Shown: positions 13,573-25,130 of the stretch, piece after piece
How positions within the stretch are numbered: position 1 is the stretch's first letter
How the letters are laid out: every line of letters starts with the position of its first letter
NCBI GenBank assembly: GCA_907165135.1
Contig: OU015567.1
Location: forward strand, 2,666,001 to 2,730,000
Reading direction: 5' to 3'
Source: Oikopleura dioica
Taxonomy: Eukaryota; Animalia; Chordata
DNA length: 64,000 nucleotides
The notes under the pieces: generated by a model
Databases searched by the model: none
Told to the model about the DNA's origin: nothing
Seen by the model: the letters and a program-made list of their open reading frames with translations, nothing else
Position numbers and translations under genes: made by a program

Positions 13573-16167
13573 ATGAAGCTTGGAGGTTAATTAAAAGCGA
13601 ATTTAGAACAAAGTCAAATTAAAAATTCTAGCGGCGCTTTTGGCTCGCTCCCTCGGAGCTGAAACTTGTTCTGCAAGATGTGATGGAGGAGTTACCTCAG
13701 AAAACGAGCCATGTAACACACAACCGTGCTCGATCTACACAGATGGTTCAAACATATTTGGCAACGGAGGAACCTTTGATTCCCTCGACGATTGGACATG
13801 GAACAAATGCTCCGTTTCTCTTTCCCAGCCGGGCTATTACTCGGACAACGCTGCTTTCGTTTCTGACAGGGAAACTGCAGGCGCTGTTCTTGCTCAAGAA
13901 TTTGACGGAGCAACTCTTCTAGATCAGGACTACACTGGTCGGGTTTTCTTCAAACCAGCAGCAGGTAATCAGCCCGGAACGGTGAAAATGATGGTGAGAA
14001 ACAACAAAAAAGCGGACAATTCAAACAAATGGATTGCTATTTCTCTGACTCATCAAGTCCCCGCTGGAACAGAAGATTCCCCTTGGATGGGAATCGACAT
14101 TGCTTGGAATCCGCGAGAGAGTGTAAACGGCAATCCTGCCAATTTCAACTATGCGCTGTACTTGGTCTACAAAGGAGACAACAACGAGCTAGAGGACTTC
14201 TACCAAGACGAGTCTTTTATTATCCCAGCTGGAGATGCTCCAACCACAACCGCCCCTCCGACGACAACAGGAGAGCCTGTTCCGACATTTTCCTTCGCGC
14301 TTGGGGACACCACTTTCACTGGGGAGTTGACTGATTTTGGCAATGTTCACTTCAAAGGAATCGAATTCGCGACTGCAGAAAGATGGCGAGCTCCCGTGAT
14401 GACAACTTCGTGGGAATCCGAGTACGATGCTACTCAATGGGGCAAGGTTTGCATGACACACGGTTGGAAATCTTGGTGGACTGGAGGAGCTGATTTCTCT
14501 GAAGATTGTCTGTACATTAACGTTCACACACGGCCAGAATACATTGAGAACGGGGAAAAACGGCCGATTCTAGCGTATATCCACGGTGGTGGTTTAGTCG
14601 GAGGAGACAATCGAAAGAATTACAATGAATTGATCGAAAAACAAGGCGTGGTGATGTTTTCAATTCAATATCGCCTCGGCCCTTACGGTTTTCTCTACGA
14701 TCACGATGGGGTAGCGGAAAATAAGGCAAACTGGGGATTCCTCGATCAGCAGATGGCTCTTCAGTGGATTCAGCAGTTTGGTGGCTACTTCGGCGGCGAT
14801 GTTGATCAAGTCACACTTGGAGGGTGCTCTGCAGGAAGTTGGTCGACATGGTATCATTTGACGATGCCCAGCTCTTGGCCATATTTTCACAGAGCTATCA
14901 CTAACGGAATCGGCGTCTTTGGCCAGTACGATGAGCCAGCTAGCATCGAGGTCAACAGAATGTACAACGATTACGTAATGGACGAGCTTGATTGTCCAGA
15001 CGTTGAGTGCCTCCGTACAAAAACTGTCGATGAACTCAATTTCTACTTCACTGGCATTTCGAATCAGTTTAACATCCCTGAAGTTCTCCACGAACATTTT
15101 TACGGGCCGCATGTGGATGGAGTTTTAGTGTTCAAAACACCTCTTGAAGCGCTGTATGATGGGGACATAAGAAAGAATACTCCCATTTCCTGGAACTACA
15201 ACCGCGATGACTCGTGGAATCTACTCGGTGGAAAACTCAACAGCGCTCTAGGCGTAAGTTTAGCTTTTTCAAAAGTCATAATCATTTTTGATTTCAGTCT
15301 ATGGTCGAATTTGAAGACCGACTCGACGAGTTGATTGCCATTCAAACATCCTCTGGCTTCGAATTTCCCTCAAATCTCACCGACCAGTTGTTTGCCACGA
15401 CTTACGGCCAGGAACTCTGGGAGAAGCATCTCATCGACGTCTTTGGCTGCCCAGATGGAGAACATGGCGAGGTAATGGATTGCAAATATACGATGAACAG
15501 ATTCACAACGGCCAAAAAATGGACTTGCAATACTCAATACGGCTTTACCGGTGCCCCGCTTACGGACCCTGAAATCGGCCCAATCTACCCCCTTGAGCTT
15601 CATAAGGAAAACTGTGAAGATCTCACGCTTGCCTGCCACTGTCAGGACGCAAGCTGGGTTTTCGGAAACAATAACATCCACAACGGCTTGCCTGAAATCG
15701 AGAGAACTTACCGACAAGCCGGGCGAGATTATTGGGGACAATTTATTCGAAACGGAACTTTCCCAGAAAACAATTCATTCGGAGAAATGAAGAATATCAA
15801 GGAACTTGACGGGTAAAAAGCAAGATTTATATTCAAAAGTGAAAAAGAATTTAGCAAAATTAATCTGGTCGATGAAAACGGTATCGTCCACGACTTCGCC
15901 TACGAGGAGGAATGCAACGCGCTCAATGCTCTTGGAGATGAAATCGGGCACATGAGAGTTTATCAAGATGGATATTACCATACTTTCGACGGCAATGGTA
16001 AGAACAGATTTTATAAAAAATCGAATAAATCAGAACAAAAATCTTATCTCAAAAACCCCGAATTTCAAGGTTCAACTTCGAAATCACCCAAAAAGCGGAG
16101 TAAATTTCGCTCAAAAAATGCTTTTTTGAATAAAAGAAGAGCAAGGTTTCAGAAAAAGAAGGGCTAA
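13573..16167 (+). CDS. Secreted type-B carboxylesterase with mini-TSP1, CBM4/9-like module and Thr-rich linker (copy 1)
   Basis: Exons 13573-13585, 13632-15253, 15298-15812, 15855-15997 and a last exon to 16167; SEDCLYINV, IHGGGL, QYRLGPYGF, NWGFLDQQMALQWI, GGCSAG, ACHCQD. Confidence 0.88.
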
Positions 16168-16431
16168 AATATCAATTGAATTTATTCCGTTTTTTATTCG
16201 CTTCCTTATTTCTTTTTCTACCTCATGAACAGAATTTCTACTCAACTCAACTCTATTCCTCTGTATTACAATCTTCATGAATCCTTGCTTTTCTTTTCTT
16301 CACACACCAATAAAATTATTTTTACAAGCATTAACTTTGAGTGTCTCCTCATTTTCTTTATGATAGATGCTAGTGAATTCGACTTTTCGTAAGTTATTCT
16401 CTTGATAATGTCAAATCCCAAGAAAATAGAT

Positions 16432-18962
16432 ATGAAGGGTGCTGCTTATTTTTACGCCTCCGCTTAATTTTGCCCAATATCAATGAAATATTCAGCTGAA
16501 ACATGTTCCGCTCGTTGTGACGGAGGTGTAACGATTGCAAACGAGCCTTGCAATATTGAACCATGCTCTGTTTACACTGATGGATCGAACATCTTCGGCG
16601 ATGGCGGAACCTTCGACTCCATGGATGATTGGACTTGCGCGACTGCTCAATGCTCTGCTTCGATTGTCCAGCCAGGCTACTACTCTGACAATGCCGTTTT
16701 CGTCTCTGGTCGAGGCACTCCTGGTGCAGTTCTTGCTCAAGAATTTGACGGGACTACTCTCCTTGATCAGGATTACATCGGCCGCGTTTTCTTCAAACCA
16801 GCAGCTGAGAATCAACCTGGATGGGTGAAGATGATGGTCAGATGCAACAAAAAGTCAGACAACTCGAACAAATATCTTGCTATTTCTGAAACATACTCTG
16901 TTCCAGCCGGGACGAAGGATTCTGTCTGGATGGGAATCGATATCGATTGGAATCCGAGAGAAAGTGCGAACGGAAACCCAGACAATTTCAACTACGCATT
17001 GTACTTGGTCTACAAAGGCAACAACAACGAACTCGAGGATTTCTACCAAGATGAGTCATTTATCGTTCCCGCTGGTGGTGCTACAACAACTGCGCCTCCT
17101 ACGACGACTTCAACAACAAGCTCGCCACCTGACGGCACTTTCTCATTTGCTCTCGGGGACACCACTTTTACGGGAGAATTGACAGCAGAAAACAATGTAC
17201 ATTTCAAAGGCATCAAGTACGCCACTGCTGAAAGATGGAGATCTCCGGTAATGAAAACAAGTTGGGAAGCGACTTATGACGCGACTGAATATGGCCAGAT
17301 ATGCATGACTGACTGGTGGAAATCATCCTCCCCTAATGCCGATGAATATTCTGAAGACTGCCTCTACATGAATGTAATCACAAAGCCCGAGTACATCCAA
17401 AACGGCGAGAAAAAACCAATCCTTGCGTTTATCCACGGCGGCGGACTGGTCGGAGGAGATAATCGAAGAGAATACAACCTATTGGTCGATACTGAAGATG
17501 TAGTCCTTTTCTCGATGGCATATCGCGTCGGACCGTATGGGTTTTTGTATGATCACGATGGCCCAGAAGAACACAAAGGCAACTGGGGATTCCTCGATCA
17601 GCAAGTGGCCCTTCAGTGGATTCAACAATTTGGCGAGGCCTTTGGCGGTGACATTGACCAAGTAACGATTGGTGGGTGCTCAGCTGGAAGTTGGTCGACT
17701 TGGTACCATCTCACAATGCCCAGCTCCTGGCCATATTTCCACAGAGCAATTTCAAACGGAATCGGGGTTTACGGCCAGTACGACGAGCCGACGAGCATCG
17801 AAGTGAACAAAATGTGGAACGATTACGTCGCTGAACAAGTGAATTGCCCAGATGTTGATTGTCTCCGTACCAAATCGGTTGACGATTTGAATAAGCATTT
17901 TGCAGGCGTCGGTGGACTTGGAGGAATCAACATTCCAGAAGTATTCCACGCTACTGGATTTGGACCACATGTGGATGGAATTTTAGCCAGCAAGACTCCT
18001 CTTGAAGCGCTTTTCGATGGAGAAGTCAGAAAAAATACGCCGATTTCATGGAATTACAATCGAGATGACGTTTGGAATCTTCTTGGAAACAGGCTTCCTG
18101 GGATCATTGGCGTAAGTGATTTTACAAAGACGGTGATAATTTGGTTTTTCTTTTTTTAGTCGATGGTCGAGTACCATGACAAAGTAGACGTGTTGGTTGA
18201 TGTCCAAACAGCGTCTGGTTTCTTCTATCCATCAAATTGGACGGATGCGATGCTCAAGACAACTTTCGGAGAAGAACTTTTCAACCGTCACCTCGTCGAC
18301 CTCTTTGGCTGCCCAAATGGAGAAAATGGGGAAATCGTGGACTGCAAACCAAAAATGAATCGATACATGAACGCTCAAATGTGGAGCTGCAACACCCAAT
18401 ATGGCTTTTCTGGCGCTCCAATGACCGATCCCGATATCGGACCAATTTATCCACTCGAGCTTTTTAAAGAAAACTGCGTCGCAAATACAAGAGCATGCCA
18501 CTGTCAAGATGCAGCGTGGGTTTTTGGAAAAAACCCAATCGCAGGAAATCAACTTGAAAAGGCTTGGCGACAGGCTGGTCTCGATTTTTGGGGACAATTC
18601 ATTCGAAACGGAACTTTCCCAGAAAACCACTCCTTCGGACAGATAAAAAATATCAAAGAACTGAACGGGTAAAACTGAATTTGAAGGATCGACCGTACGT
18701 TTTTTTTAAGAAAAATCAATCTTGCGGACGAAAACGGAATCATTCATGATTATGGATACGAAGAAGAATGTAACGCACTCAATGCTCTTGGCGATGAAAT
18801 CGGGCACATGAGAGTCTATCAAAATGGATACTACCATACTTTTGATGCTAATGGTAAAATTCATTGAATACTATGAAAATATCAGAACAAATAGCAGTAA
18901 TGTTCGTAAAAATTGAACGTGAAAATTTCTCTTCTTATCTAGGTCACCAGGGCAAGTTCTAG
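16432..18962 (+). CDS. Tandem paralog of the CBM-like carboxylesterase (copy 2)
   Basis: Same domain order and the same three downstream intron positions (18112-18159, 18669-18710, 18854-18942); high protein similarity to copy 1; first junction ambiguous. Confidence 0.88.
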
Positions 18963-19169
18963 CTGAAGTCAAAATTTAATCGCGGTATGTTATTTTCAAG
19001 GCCAACACATTGTTGGTGGTACGAGGAGCGGGGACGAGACCACAACATCACATTTCCGTTAGCCACAAGTGCATGTGTTGCTCCACTTTCGACAACATAA
19101 AAGCAAGAGACCAACGGAAGAGTTCATAAAAAAATCGAGAAAATATCAAATATCTCAAAAATAATCAAT

Positions 19170-19730
19170 ATGAAACTTTTCTTCTCCGTTCTTCTGCTTG
19201 CTATTGCAAATGGTGAAACAACAGGTAAGATATTCTTATGATAAAATGAGAGGTCGACGACGCATAACCAGTGTTAAGAATGTTACAAGAATAAGGATTG
19301 CCTGAGCAACACCACTCCCCAATGTCGCGATGGCAGCTGTATTTGTCAAGAAAACACCTGTCAAGTCGTCGAATGCACTCGAAAAAGACATTGTTCCGAC
19401 CAGGAAATCTGCGAGTCGAACATTTGCAAAGCTGTCGAGTGCACGGCGAATCGACATTGCAACGACTGCAGATTCTCCGGAGCAAGACAGGTCTGTGACA
19501 AAAACTCGAAAAAATGCGTCAAAGTAGAGTGCGTATGGAATAACGATTGTGGAGCCGCGGAAGTTTGCTTTCAGCATTCATGCCGTAAGGTCGAGTGCAA
19601 GAAAAACAGTCATTGTCAAGTCGGCGAAATCTGTAGCGACAACAGATGCCAAGCTGTGGAGTGCCTTAGTGACATAAATTGCGGAAATAATGAGTTTTGT
19701 AACTCGAACAACCTATGCCAAGAACAATAA
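19170..19730 (+). CDS. Small secreted cysteine-repeat protein
   Basis: Exon 19170-19224 (MKLFFSVLLLAIANG), intron 19225-19278, exon 19279-19730 with six (V)EC-x5-C-xn-C-x4/6-C repeats; absent from the ORF track because exon 2 has no start codon in frame. Confidence 0.8.
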
Positions 19731-20020
19731 AGAATGTTTCCGCCATTCTTCTCGATATTGATTTCTACTTGAAAAATAAACATTTACTCATCCTACTATC
19801 AGTTTTCATAATTATTACAAAAATAAGTAAAAATTTTCTGTGGAACAAAGTGATATTTGATCAAGGTTTGGTGCACCTTTGTGAGCTTCCATCAAAGATA
19901 GGTATATTCAATATACTATATACAATATTGAATATCATCATTTTATCATATGATATAGCGGAGATCAGAGATTAAAAAATATTTGAAATAGTGGGGTTCT
20001 AAAATAATAAAGAGACAGGT

Positions 20021-23000
20021 TTATTTTTCAACAGTATCTTCAAGAAGAGCAGCACCCTTGTAAAACATTTCAGCGAAAAGGTTTTCGACGTAGTAGTTCG
20101 AAATCGGCTGTCCCAAGAAGGTTTCGACGGAGCGCTCTTCAATCTGGAAGCATTTGTCGCCCTCGTGCCATGCATGAGCTTCGGACTCAATTTGACCAGA
20201 TCTAGAACGATGATGGAAAACAATGGACGAGGTTTTTTCTTACTTTGTCGAAATTGTTCCTTCGTTGTCGATGGTGTAAGAGCCTTCGTTCAAGAACTGA
20301 CCCATAAGACCTTCTGGATTTTTGATTCCGAAAACATCTTCCAACTCGATTCCCAAGCTTCCAACTCCCGGCTAAAAAAGTCTTTTGCTGTTAAACAGGG
20401 AGAGGCATTACCTTGACAGTAAGTCGGAATCGGAAACCATCTTGCTGAACGATCTCGACATTGTGTCTGTTTCGGTGGTGCTCGTGGTCAGCGGGCTAGA
20501 ACTGCTGATCATTGAATAAATCTTCCTTTCTCACCTTCATTTTGAGATGAACATCGTAAAAGTACTCATCAACGGTGTCCTCGGATGGATTGTATTTGAT
20601 CAGCAATTTGCCATTTTCGTAGACTTCGAGAGTGTCCTAGAAAACCTTTTTTCTAGATCTTGAATTGAATAATTACTCGAGTAAGAGCCATTTGGGTTCC
20701 TTGAGGACTGGTGTAGCCAATGGCAGTGAGGAATTGCTTCTTGCCCTTCTGGACGTTTTTGAAAAGACCGTTCAATTCCAAGTTTGAGCTCGCATCACTA
20801 AGCGGGTGTCAATTAGATAGACAATGTTTAAAATACCTGATGAGATCGATGATCGATCCAGAGACAGCATTCACATCGAGACAGACGGGAGTCTCGCCAG
20901 GAGATGTAACTCGGAAGTGGGGATCACCGTAGCCAGCCATGCTGCTGCAGTAATAAGAGCCAACAGTGTTGGTACAAACAGGCATTGGCTCGGAGCAAGG
21001 ACAGCCGCCGGCGTAGGAATTAGCAGAGTTGCAAGGGGCGCACTCGTCGATATCGCCACAGCCATTTCCGGCATCACTGTAGGTAGCTGCTTGATAATTG
21101 TTGCCTTTGAGAAGATGAAATAATATCGTTTTGGAAAAACGTATCTGTTATAAAATAAATCTTTTCCTGATGATCCAGTGTAGGTTCCGCTTGAAGAAGG
21201 GTAAGTTGATGATCCAGATGATCCGGAGTTTGAATAGCTTGATCCAGAAGATGAAGATGGGTAGTTGGAACCGGATGATCCAGAGGAAGCTGGGTAACTG
21301 GAGCTTGGGTATGTAGCTGAACCAGCTGGGGCATTGCCAGTGCTAATCGTGCCAGTAGAAGCATCATAAGTCGACGCCCAATCAGGTTTAGCTCGATCGC
21401 CATCACCTGGCGCCATTCGTCCATTTCCTTTAAGACCTTTGCCGCACATGCACTGAGGACCATTGCTAGTGTCCTGGCAAGTGGCGCCACCGACACAAGG
21501 GTTGTAGTCGCCACAAGTCTGCATGGGAGCATAGCAAGTGATTCCATCGCCAGTCCATCCGCTTGGGCAAGTGCAGTTGAAACCAGTTTGAGTGTTGGTA
21601 CAAGAGGCGTTGGACGCACAGTTGTGAGTTCCAAGGGCACACTCGTCAACGTCGTCTTGTTCGCAGGAATAGCCGTTGCCTGAGTAGCCTGTGCTACAGG
21701 CGCAAGAATAGCTACCAGGAGTGTTCATGCAAGTGGCGTTAGGAGCACAGTTGTCAGTGTTGGAATAGCACTCATCGATATCCTTGCATCCGTAGCTGCC
21801 GACGCCTGAGCCGGTGTAGCCAGATGGGCAAACACAGGTGTAGCCACCGTAAGCGCCTGGTTGACAAGTTGCCATTGGATCGCAATTTGCAGCGTCGCAG
21901 GGATTGACGTATACAGGCGAGCACTGATAGCCGTTACCTTGGTAGCCGTTGTTGCAGGTGCACTTGTACTGACCGTAATTGTTGGGAAGGTCAGTGCAGT
22001 AGGCGTTGACGTGGCAATTGTGCTGACCAGTGGCACATTCGTTGACTTCGTTAGGCTTGCAAGTGTAGCCATTGCCGTTGTAGCCGTTATTGCAAGTGCA
22101 CGCATAGCTTCCCACGGTGTTGACGCTTAAAATAAATAAGATCAAATTGAATCAAATATTGAAGATTCTCCAGGCAAGATCTCATTTGACATTGAGAGAA
22201 TGCTTAAAAATTATTCAAAAAAATCAGACAGAAAAACAAAAGAGCCTCGCCAGTCGGATTTAATTGATTGGACTCGTTCTATAAAAAAACCTGAATTTGT
22301 AACAAAACTAAATGAAGAGCCGCCGCAACATGGTCATCACTATCCGGCTAAGGAAATTTTTCAGAATTCAATCCCTATACTCGAAGCTGCCTAAAGAACC
22401 CTCTTACCCGAAGTGTACAATTTTTGTCGATTTGACCTTCCTCTCGAGATAATCTTCTGAAAATCTCAGATCATACCAAATCAATGATTTTGTTTCGAAC
22501 TGCACTTTAAGATTTTCCGAAAAATGAATACTTAGCGGTTAAACTGATATAAGTTATTTTGTTACTATAAAATTTTTATGTGACGACTACGTAAAAAAAC
22601 TTTTCTTATTCTTTTCTAATGATGATTTTCGAATTCTCCATACTGGAAAACCTATTGAAAAACTCAAAACCGGCGGAAAGGTGACTCCAAGAGATAGAGG
22701 GAAATTTTTCCTTTCTTGGAGCGAGCTGGGTGGCGTGAGAAAATCAGTACTCGTGGAGTACTAACTGGGCTTATCACGCCGAAATTTTGCGAAAAGGTGC
22801 GTAAGTCTTGTGCGAATACTCATTTGAGTTTTCAGGTCATTCCGACCCACCAGTTCCATTCAGCGGGTGATTAAATCCCGAAATCGACAAAAATTGTACA
22901 CTTCGGGTATAGGGGTTAAATATAAATAAATAAGTAGATACATAATAGACCATTATTAATGGTCGATAATTTATGGACCAAAATAACTGGTAAAATACAA

Positions 23001-24678
23001 AAATGAAAAAGATAACAGTTCTATGATGAGGGCAAGTTCAGCTTTGTCAATGGCGGCTTCAAGAGAGAAGTTAACAATTTGAATCATTCTCCTGCGAATT
23101 CATCGCTCTCATTTTCAAAGAATAAATTAATTGAGACTTTGGAAGGCCCAAAACCCCTCAGGACATGAGCAAAACCCCCAAGTATGAATAGTCAAAATGA
23201 TCCCTAGCTTCTGAGGATTCTAAAACTGTATTATATTCCCTGATTTATAAGCTCTAAAATGAGCTCATTTTTCATCAAGTTTACCTACTTATGGAGATAC
23301 GCTGTTAGAACTAGCGAAGACCATCAAAGAGAACGAGGAAAAAAACACACATTTCTTCGAGACGCAACAAAAAGAAATCTATTCCCTTCAAAGGCAATTG
23401 CATCTTCTAGAAACTGAAAAAGTGTCAATGGCTTCAAATCTAAAAACAAAAGATAAAACGATTGCCGATTTGCAAAAAGAACTCCAACAGCTCAAAAAGC
23501 GAAACGATAAATTGGTTTCTGAAAATACAGATCTCATGAAAATTAAATCGGACTATGAAAATATGAGCGAGATGTTTGGTCAATTCAGCGTTCAATTTAT
23601 GGAAAGCCGAGGTTTTTTGATACAATTTTATAGATAAGTTCAAATTCATTGAAAGGGCTCTCACCCACGTGCAAGATTTGCCATGAGATCTACGATACAA
23701 ATCTACATTTTCAAGCGACACTCAAATGTGGTCATACTTTCGGGGAAAACTGCATTCGCGACTCTTTACAAAGTAATGGCCGCTGCCCAGTTTGCAACAA
23801 AAGAGCAAATGCTTCTGATATAAACCGAGTCTACTAACATCTTTCAATAAAAGTCTCTATTTACCATTGTGCGTATGTATCGCAGTTATGACTTCCATTA
23901 GCGCATTCGTTCACATCCTTCGGAGTGCAGTTAACTCCGTTGCCTTGGTAGCCATTCTTGCAAATGCACTGGAATGACCCGACAGTATTAACGCATCGAG
24001 CATTGTAGTGACAGTTGTCAGTTCCCTTGTAGCACTCGTTCACATCAGGCTGAGAATACACGTTGCCATTGTTGTTGGTGTAGTTGACCTCTTCGTTTGG
24101 AGCGTAAAGTCCTTCGTATGTGTTCTTGTTTCCAGTGTTCTTGTTGTTATTCTGCTGCTGTTGTTTTTGAGCGTTTGGTCGTGGTTTTTGGGTGACTGGT
24201 TTCTTGGTTGGCCGCTGAGTTTTTCGAGGAGCCTCAGTTTTTGGCCGCTGAGTTGGTCGATTTTTAGGTCGCTGAGTCGGTCGCTGGGTTGGCCGCTGAT
24301 TTGGTCGACTGGGCCGTTGAGTTTGCTTTTGTTGGTTTTGGGAAGGCCGGGTTGGACGGGGCTTTGGAGTGACCTTCTTGATTGGCCGCTTGGTTGGCTT
24401 GTTGAACCACTTTGCTGGAGGTCGAGCTTTCTCGCCGTAGTCGGTGTCGTAGTCGGCGTAGTAGCCGTAGACAGCATTTTCGTAGTCGTTTTCGTAAGCT
24501 TGGAAGGAAGCAGCTAATGCACCGGGGCCTTCAAATGCGGCAAATGCGTCTTTTATGATTTCAAAACAAATTAATTCTGCTTTACTAGTTTCTCGCTGAC
24601 TTGATTTTTTGTAACCATTCCTGGATTAACCTCAACCTGAGCCTTCGCAGCGAGCACAAACGCGGAGAACAGCTTCAT
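20021..24678 (-). CDS. Secreted EGF-array protein with C-terminal inter-alpha-trypsin inhibitor heavy chain C-terminal (ITI_HC_C-like) domain
   Basis: [14 protein letters not shown] leader; Tyr/acidic then QRPT-repeat region; about 8 EGF/EGF-Ca repeats; YGDPHF, EGLMGQF and CFQ...NYYVENLF match the ITIH C-terminal pattern; stop 20021-20023. Confidence 0.85.
22398..22917. mobile_element. ~520-bp MITE with piggyBac-like ends, intronic
   Basis: Perfect 29-bp inverted repeat 22405-22433 / 22881-22909, extending to CCC...GGG ends; TTAA on the right flank, degenerate on the left. Confidence 0.7.
23280..23837 (+). CDS. Coiled-coil + RING finger protein nested antisense in an intron (5' end uncertain)
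   Basis: Heptad-rich exon then CKICHE...CGHTFGENC...CPVC; stop 23837; AATAAA at 23846-23851. Confidence 0.78.
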
Positions 24679-25130
24679 GATTCTCTCTTACTCCGCCGAT
24701 ATCGCTTTTTAAATCTTATCAGGGCTAAAAGCGCTGCTCAGAATTGAATTCACGGATTTTCATAAAGGTCGAAATGCGCATTCGACTTTTCAGCCGCTTT
24801 TTCCTTCAACTTCTCGATTTTTCATTTTCAACAAATTAATTTTTGTATTTTATTAAAAACAATTAAACATTTACAAAAAACATAATAATGGGGCTTGGCA
24901 GAAACGATATATCATTTTTACAAAGTACAGAATTGTCAAATTACAGTCATTTAACCCTCTCATGTTTTCAATCATAAAATATCTCTTGGCCATTTTTAAA
25001 ATTGAAATATTTTCAAAACATGAGATGGAAAAATTCAAAAATAGATGGAAAGGGCATATTTTGATAATTTTGGAAGATTTTTCACTTCGGAAAATTGAAC
25101 CAGAATTATTCTTGATACAAGGTTAAGTGT

